DNA of 64,000 bases from NCBI GenBank assembly GCA_020631855.1, contig JACKGU010000002.1, positions 298,615 to 362,614 of the forward strand. Direction: 5' to 3'. Origin of the DNA: Candidatus Nomurabacteria bacterium. GTDB taxonomy: Bacteria > Patescibacteriota > WWE3 > UBA101185 > UBA10185. Below are positions 58,351 to 64,000 of this stretch, in pieces. The notes below the pieces were generated by a model. That model did not search any database and was not told where the DNA came from. It saw only the letters and a list, made by a program, of their open reading frames with translations. Every line of letters begins with the position of its first letter. Position 1 is the stretch's first letter. The translations under genes and the position numbers were made by a program.

Positions 58351-60041
58351 ACACTATATCTAAAATCTACTATTACAACTTCTAGGTAAGTGCTGCCGTT
58401 GTAAAAATTTTCCGACATTCTAAACACAATATCAATCTTATCACCCAGAGCAAGCCGTTTCATTATGTCGTGCTCGACACCGTTAAACATCTTCGCTTTA
58501 ATCTTTATATCATCAGTAGCAAGCTGCAAACTAATGTGTGCTTGCTCTCTCCCAAAAGAATTAATTGATACAACAACTAAATTTTTGGTTAAAAAAATCG
58601 GCTCAGGATTTCCTATACCGAAGGGCTTTAGTCTTTGAAGCAGAGAGTTTGTACTTAAACTTATCTCTTCGGGCATTAATTCTAGATCAATCTCTAATGA
58701 AGGTACCAGCTGGCTGTCTAGAATATGCTCTTCCGTATATTCTGCAAGCTTTTGCCTTAAAAGACTGATGTTTTCAGTTTTAATACTAAAGCCCGCAGCC
58801 ATAGGGTGGCCACCGAGCGAAAGAAACAAGTCCTCAAAGTTTCTTAAGATTTCTATAATATTTATACCCTTTACGGACCTTACTGAGCCCTTAGCTACGT
58901 CCCCATCTGTACTTATAACAATTGACGGCCTGTGGTACTTTTGCACCAACTTGGAAGCTACAAGCCCTATGATACCCTCATGGTAACGTTCATCGTCTGA
59001 GACAATGATTTTAGGCATGCTGGCTTCATCGAAATTTAGACTGGCGAGATCATACATTTCAAAAGTCATATCTTGTCTTTCTTTATTCACATCAGCTAGC
59101 ATGCCGGCAATTTCACCTGCCGCCAAACTATCATCAGTGGTGAGAAGCTCTAAAGCCTGGGCGGCATCATTCAAGCGCCCTCCCGCATTGAGCCTAGGCC
59201 CAAGTACCCAGCCTAATGCGTAAGTATCAATGTCTTTACTATCTCTACCTGATACTTCAAGTAATTTCTTTATGCCGAGTGGGCAATTTGCACTTATTAC
59301 GTGAAGCCCATCTAGCACAAGCCTCCTATTAAAACCTATTAGGGGCTGGAGGTCAGTAACAGTTGCGATGCTTGCTAAAGCGAGATTGGATGTATTTTTA
59401 GACCCAAGAACAAGGCCCAACACCCAAGCTATAGAAGCACCAACCAGTTGATCATTCCACACTATTACATCGGCCTCAGGAAGATTTTGTGGTTTTTGGT
59501 GGTGATCAGTAATTATTACCGTATGGCCGGCCTTCTTTAGTTGTGCAGTTTCATTAAAGGCCGTTATACCGCTATCAACAGTGATGAGCACAAATTTTGT
59601 ATCAGGAGAATATCCGTTTTTTATTAACATCCCGAGAACAGCGGCTACAGAATTTTCTGAGAGCCCGTAACCGTGCTCAAAGCGATTTGGGATAAATGTA
59701 TAAACACTAGAATAGCCGAGTTCTTTTTTAAGAACGTTATGCATCAAAGCAGTCGCACAAACACCATCCGCGTCATAATCTCCATGAATTATTATAGGAA
59801 CATTTGCATCTGCTGCTTCTAGTATAGCTTTTTTAGCGTTTCTCAGAGATTCAATAAAATTCCTATCGAAATTTCTGATATATTCTTGTAATTTAGGTGG
59901 GTTCAAAAAGCTTTCTACTAGGTCTTCTCCGATATCACGAATTTTAAGAAGATCTTTTATTATGTCATCGGATCTTTGCTCTAGCGCAATTTGCCATCTT
60001 TTCATTTTATATCGAGCACAATTCTTCTTCATCTCCCACAA
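58347..60041 (-). CDS. recJ: Single-stranded-DNA-specific exonuclease RecJ
   Basis: DHH 'IIHGDYDADGVCA', 'ITDHH', DHHA1 'GGHPMAAGF'. Confidence 0.93.
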   Translation of the reverse strand: MWEMKKNCARYKMKRWQIALEQRSDDIIKDLLKIRDIGEDLVESFLNPPKLQEYIRNFDRNFIESLRNAKKAILEAADANVPIIIHGDYDADGVCATALMHNVLKKELGYSSVYTFIPNRFEHGYGLSENSVAAVLGMLIKNGYSPDTKFVLITVDSGITAFNETAQLKKAGHTVIITDHHQKPQNLPEADVIVWNDQLVGASIAWVLGLVLGSKNTSNLALASIATVTDLQPLIGFNRRLVLDGLHVISANCPLGIKKLLEVSGRDSKDIDTYALGWVLGPRLNAGGRLNDAAQALELLTTDDSLAAGEIAGMLADVNKERQDMTFEMYDLASLNFDEASMPKIIVSDDERYHEGIIGLVASKLVQKYHRPSIVISTDGDVAKGSVRSVKGINIIEILRNFEDLFLSLGGHPMAAGFSIKTENISLLRQKLAEYTEEHILDSQLVPSLEIDLELMPEEISLSTNSLLQRLKPFGIGNPEPIFLTKNLVVVSINSFGREQAHISLQLATDDIKIKAKMFNGVEHDIMKRLALGDKIDIVFRMSENFYNGSTYLEVVIVDFRYSV

Positions 60042-60585
60042 GCATTGTCCGGCCTTGGCTTAATACTTTTGAGATGAATTGATCGTTACGTCTTTTTCTA
60101 AATAAAAACTCTTCTGCCCCCATAACCGAGTAATGAATTTCTTTACCTAGACTCTGCTCATAGTTCTTTACAATAGCATCCAAAACTTCAAGATTTATAC
60201 TCCCAACTATGAATAAATCTATATCCAGCATGGTTGAGGGCTCATTTCGAGAAAATCTCCTCGCCAATATTGCAAATCTAATATCTCCCAGCTTTTTCCT
60301 TGATGCTATAATGTCAGCCCCCAAGCCGTATTCTTTTGAAACTAGAGAGAGAAGTTCTGCGTATAAAATGTGTGAGGTGTCTACGGTGTAATAAATTCTG
60401 TTACTGCTTTGTCTACGTTTCATAAGCCCTATGTTGTATAAGTTTGACAGCTCTCGACGAACAGCATTAATTTCGGTGTCTATTGCCCTTACTATAGCTC
60501 GCACATGCAACGATTCTGCAGGATTTGGCAGCATTAATGCTAGTATTTTTACTCTTACTTCAGATACAAATAAATCTTTTAACAT
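60007..60585 (-). CDS. Hypothetical protein with a probable N-terminal winged-helix DNA-binding domain
   Basis: 'VRVKILALML..ESLHVRAIVRAI..INAVRRELSNLYNIGLM'. Overlaps recJ by 35 nt. Confidence 0.5.
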   Translation of the reverse strand: MLKDLFVSEVRVKILALMLPNPAESLHVRAIVRAIDTEINAVRRELSNLYNIGLMKRRQSSNRIYYTVDTSHILYAELLSLVSKEYGLGADIIASRKKLGDIRFAILARRFSRNEPSTMLDIDLFIVGSINLEVLDAIVKNYEQSLGKEIHYSVMGAEEFLFRKRRNDQFISKVLSQGRTMLVGDEEELCSI

Positions 60586-60626
60586 ATAAGTTAGGGGGCA
60601 GTATTTAAACTAAATACTTATCGACT

Positions 60627-61802
60627 TTAATAAATTACTTGGTCTATATTTCTATCAGGAACTACCATGATCCAAAAATTTCCCCTGTTAAACACAACTT
60701 CGTTGCCACTCTCATCGTACAGCATAGTTCGATCATCTCTAGAAGCCTTGCTCCAAGTAACAGGAATGCTGGTACCGTCAATAAATACAACTCCCTGCCC
60801 ACTACCTACAAGCTCATAGTCTAATCTGTTCTTATCGTCGCCATCTATAGAAAGTTCTGTTACATACAGCACAATTAAATTTTTTGCACTAACTTGGGTT
60901 GTTGTCTGTTCCTGATCAAACAAAGGAATAGGATTGCCTTCTAGGTCAAATCCTGAAAACCTAAGATATGAATTTGTGTCACGATTATATTTCCAAATAG
61001 CCGTATAGTCGCCCTCGTACCAAAAATTTACCTGAATGGGTTCAAATTCCCCAACCAAACCTATTTCGTTAGCAACTGGGGGAATTGTTTCATCCTTAAA
61101 TTTCCAAGGGGTAATTTCTCTTTTCCCTTCCCAACCTAATTCATTGCCCACTTCCCGGAGATACTTCCCATTAACAAAAGCGGTATGTTCGGTGGCAACA
61201 TTTCTGGGATTATCCCGCCAAAAGTCAGCCCCGCCTTTAAAAAGACTTCGTACCGGCCAGGTATCTATAGCTTCAATTGCCTGGGGAGACCATCCTATAT
61301 GCATTATCATCGCATCCCCTAATTCTTTAACCGGTATAAAAAAGTAGTGTCGCGCGCTTCTCACGGGCCCGATCTTTTCAGGAGTATTAGTTAAAAAAAA
61401 TGCAATGAATCTTGTTATACCGCCTTCAGCGACTATTTCATATACAACATCAGTATAAATTAAGCCTGACTGCGGTCGGGCATCAACATGATTGTTTACC
61501 ATTACTGCCAGGGGCCTATTGTCCAACCATTCCTGTGCAGCAAAAGGAGTATATAACACACCGGTTAGAGGATTCATGACATCGGCCTTCTGAGAACCGT
61601 CATTTTGAGATCTCGAAAGAGGACTTTTTAAATCAATCGGATTACGAGCTTTTACAGAGTAAACGTAATAACCTATAAGACCTAAAATTACAGGTATGGC
61701 AAAAGCTATTATAAAAATAGTCAAATTCTTTTTGTCTATCTTCTTCTTAGGTTGAGGTTGAACTAGTCCTGAGGAATATAACTGTGTATTATCGATCTCC
61801 AT
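60627..61802 (-). CDS. Membrane-anchored extracytoplasmic protein, possibly DUF3048 (YerB-like) family
   Basis: N-terminal TM, then 'VYEIVAEGGITRFIAFF'. The family assignment is from memory only. Confidence 0.5.
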   Translation of the reverse strand: MEIDNTQLYSSGLVQPQPKKKIDKKNLTIFIIAFAIPVILGLIGYYVYSVKARNPIDLKSPLSRSQNDGSQKADVMNPLTGVLYTPFAAQEWLDNRPLAVMVNNHVDARPQSGLIYTDVVYEIVAEGGITRFIAFFLTNTPEKIGPVRSARHYFFIPVKELGDAMIMHIGWSPQAIEAIDTWPVRSLFKGGADFWRDNPRNVATEHTAFVNGKYLREVGNELGWEGKREITPWKFKDETIPPVANEIGLVGEFEPIQVNFWYEGDYTAIWKYNRDTNSYLRFSGFDLEGNPIPLFDQEQTTTQVSAKNLIVLYVTELSIDGDDKNRLDYELVGSGQGVVFIDGTSIPVTWSKASRDDRTMLYDESGNEVVFNRGNFWIMVVPDRNIDQVIY

Positions 61803-61878
61803 AATGGAATTATAGTATTGAGTAAATTTTTTGTCTAGTTATTTTCAAAGTCTGCCGCAAATTATTATACAATTGAGC

Positions 61879-62880
61879 TCAAAGCCCTAGCTCTTCTTGT
61901 ATAAAAAGGTCCAAATCTCCGTCTAATACCGCGTCGGGGTTTGTAGATTCAATGCCGGTTCGAACATCTTTGACTAACTTATAAGGATGCAGAACATAAT
62001 TTCGTATCTGATTACCCCAGCCCGGGGTTTTATAGTTACCCTTAAGTTTAGCTTTCTCATCTTCAACTCGCTGTAGTTCTATGGCATATACTTTCGATCT
62101 TAATACTTTCATTGCTTTTTCCCGATTCTTCGCTTGAGTACGCTCTTCCTGACATTCAACCACTATGCCAGTGGGCACATGCCTCAGCCGCACCGCTGTA
62201 GAAACCTTATTCACATTCTGACCTCCGGAACCGCCGGACCTAAAAGATTCAAAGGTTATATCAGATTCTGACAATTCAACCTCTTCCCCCTCTTCTATAT
62301 AGGGTATAACTTCAACTAACGCAAAAGATGTTTGCCTAAGACTATCGGCATTAAAAGGAGATTGCCTGACAAGCCTGTGTACCCCAGACTCTCGTTTTAA
62401 TAGGCCATATGCGTACTTACCGCTAAGCTCAAGCTGAACGCTTTTATAGCCCGCCTCTTCGCCCTTAACCAAACTTAAAAGGGAAGTCTTCCAACCCTTT
62501 CGCTCAGAAAATCTTGTGTACATTCTATAGAGCATTTCTGTCCAATCCATGGCTTCGGTCCCACCTTGCCCGGCATGAATTGACAAAATAGCGTTATCCT
62601 TGTCGTGTTTGCCAGATAAGTAGGTTTTAATTTCGACCCTTTTCACCTCATTTTCAAAAGATATATAATCTTCCTCTTCTAGGTACAATTCCAAGAGCTC
62701 GATATCCTCAACGTCTCTTTTTAACTCAGCCAGATCTTGAGAGACTTTTTGTCCGGCTTCCCAATCTGCCCACAAAGTTTCATCTTGAAGTCGCAACTCT
62801 AATTCTGCTATCTTAGACTTCTTATCATCATAAAACAGGCTTTCTTTTAATTTATCCAATTGAATTTTATGCTCTTCCAT
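61879..62880 (-). CDS. prfB: Peptide chain release factor 2
   Basis: The 'SPF' tripeptide, 'GGQ' motif ('[13 protein letters not shown]'). Single contiguous ORF. Confidence 0.93.
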   Translation of the reverse strand: MEEHKIQLDKLKESLFYDDKKSKIAELELRLQDETLWADWEAGQKVSQDLAELKRDVEDIELLELYLEEEDYISFENEVKRVEIKTYLSGKHDKDNAILSIHAGQGGTEAMDWTEMLYRMYTRFSERKGWKTSLLSLVKGEEAGYKSVQLELSGKYAYGLLKRESGVHRLVRQSPFNADSLRQTSFALVEVIPYIEEGEEVELSESDITFESFRSGGSGGQNVNKVSTAVRLRHVPTGIVVECQEERTQAKNREKAMKVLRSKVYAIELQRVEDEKAKLKGNYKTPGWGNQIRNYVLHPYKLVKDVRTGIESTNPDAVLDGDLDLFIQEELGL

Positions 62881-62915
62881 AATCTGAATTATATCAGGTG
62901 TTTTATTAGTTAGCG

Positions 62916-64000
62916 TTAGGTATTTAATACCTCCAAGTTTAAAACGAGTTCGTCGCCTTGAGATAACTCCTTGGATAGTATCTTTTTGGCTAAATAAGTC
63001 TCTACGGTATCCTCAATAAGCCTGTTGAGAGGTCGAGCGCCCCACTCAATGCTTGTACCTCTGTCAACAAGAGCGTCGATCAGCCCATCTTCATATTGAA
63101 CTTTAATACCTTTATTTTGAGCCAAACGCTCTACACTTTTTAGACTTAAAAGGGCTATTTTTCTCAAAGATTCCCTATCTAAAGGTTTATATACAATTAT
63201 CCCACTAAACCTGTTAAGAAATTCTGGGGCGAATTTATCTCGAACAGCGCCTAATCCTGCTTCCTGAATCTCATCAAAAGAAGCACGTTGAGCAACCAAG
63301 TCTTGTATCTTTTTGGTGCCCGAGTTGCTGGTTGCTATTATGATTGTGTTTGTAAAATTTACTGTGTCGCCCATAGAATCTGTGAGTCTCCCATCGTCTA
63401 AAACCTGAAGAAAGGTTAATAATACCGAAGATTCGGCTTTTTCGATTTCATCAAGAAGCACAAGCGTGAAGGGAGTGTTCTTTACTGCGTCTGTGAGCAA
63501 GCCACGTTTTGTTCCATCAGAAGTTCCTATGAGTTTATCCAAACTACTTACCTCCTGGTATTCGCTCATGTCCAATCTAATCATTCTCTCTTCATCCCCA
63601 AAATACTCCGTAGCTAGAGCTTTTGCTGTTTCAGTTTTTCCTACGCCCGTTGTACCTACAAACAAAAAGCTAGCAATAGGCTTGTTCTTGTTTCGTATTC
63701 CAACACGAGCTCTCTGCAGAGCTTTTACAATCATAGAAATTGCTTGATCTTGCCCAATAACCCTTTTTTTGAGAACTTCTTCTAAATTTAGCAGCTTGTC
63801 GCTTTCGTCATCCGAAACTGTAGTCACGGGAACATTAGAAACTCGTGAAATTTCTTTCTTGATCACCTCTCTATTCACGACCCTATCTGTACTAAGACTG
63901 CTAACGACCCCTCTCTCTAGAACATTGATGGCAGAATCAGGCAAAACCCTGCCGCCTATATATTGTTTAGATAAAGATATAGCCTCAAGCAAAGCAGGAA
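62916..64000 (-). CDS. Clp/Hsp100 AAA+ ATPase (ClpB/ClpC family), C-terminal part only; the N-terminus lies beyond the window end
   Basis: Second AAA module Walker A '[19 protein letters not shown]', 'LLDEIEKA', sensor-2 region '[10 protein letters not shown]'. The ORF continues open to position 64000. Confidence 0.88.
   Translation of the reverse strand, partial: PALLEAISLSKQYIGGRVLPDSAINVLERGVVSSLSTDRVVNREVIKKEISRVSNVPVTTVSDDESDKLLNLEEVLKKRVIGQDQAISMIVKALQRARVGIRNKNKPIASFLFVGTTGVGKTETAKALATEYFGDEERMIRLDMSEYQEVSSLDKLIGTSDGTKRGLLTDAVKNTPFTLVLLDEIEKAESSVLLTFLQVLDDGRLTDSMGDTVNFTNTIIIATSNSGTKKIQDLVAQRASFDEIQEAGLGAVRDKFAPEFLNRFSGIIVYKPLDRESLRKIALLSLKSVERLAQNKGIKVQYEDGLIDALVDRGTSIEWGARPLNRLIEDTVETYLAKKILSKELSQGDELVLNLEVLNT

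Noticed and set aside
62860-62915. Programmed +1 frameshift site expected in prfB (CTT TGA C)
   Set aside because: The N-terminus is encoded contiguously ('...[11 protein letters not shown]...' reads 'ctg ttt tat gat gat aag' with no in-frame TGA). This RF2 is a single uninterrupted ORF, as in many bacteria that lack autoregulatory frameshifting.
1-64000. CRISPR arrays, rRNA/tRNA genes, transposases or integrases
   Set aside because: No regularly spaced direct repeats were found. No transposase or integrase motifs appear in any ORF. No intergenic region is long enough or structured like rRNA/tRNA. No terminal inverted repeats flank the glycan locus within the window.

Overview
This is an AT-rich bacterial chromosomal fragment. 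Nearly all genes lie on the minus strand, tightly packed and often overlapping by 1-47 nt, which implies very long polycistronic units. The window splits into three parts. (1) From 1 to about 44.1 kb is one very large surface-glycan or glycosylation locus. It holds at least 10 cytoplasmic GT4 and 6 GT2 glycosyltransferases. It also holds 4 Dpm1/GtrB/ArnC-like polyprenyl-phosphate-sugar synthases (one fused to a GtrA-like domain). At least 9 large polytopic GT-C-like membrane proteins are present (PMT_2/ArnT-like, DUF2079-like, and a tandem paralog pair), along with two Wzx-type flippases and a flippase-like UPF0104 protein. Also present are a UDP-glucose 6-dehydrogenase, a SAM methyltransferase, a CAP-domain protein, several unknown membrane proteins and one frameshifted GT4. 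The first gene, truncated by the window edge, is an in-frame fusion of an O-antigen-ligase/Wzy_C-like domain to a PMT_2-like GT-C domain. (2) From 44.1 to 49.0 kb there is a polyamine module: AdoMetDC speH, a deoxyhypusine-synthase-like gene and an agmatinase. It is followed by a 7TM protein, a small protein and a soluble PAS-histidine kinase with no response regulator. (3) From 49 to 64 kb are housekeeping genes: hup, ymdB, rny, recX, recA, gltX, a D-Ala-D-Ala carboxypeptidase, a YbaK-like deacylase, recJ, prfB (with no programmed frameshift) and a partial Clp ATPase. No rRNA, tRNA, CRISPR array or obvious mobile element was found. Lineage is uncertain. The gene content (RNase Y with YmdB, and many GT-C paralogs) is compatible with a Patescibacteria/CPR-like or other monoderm-like bacterium. 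All family calls rest on motifs I read in the translations, not on database searches.
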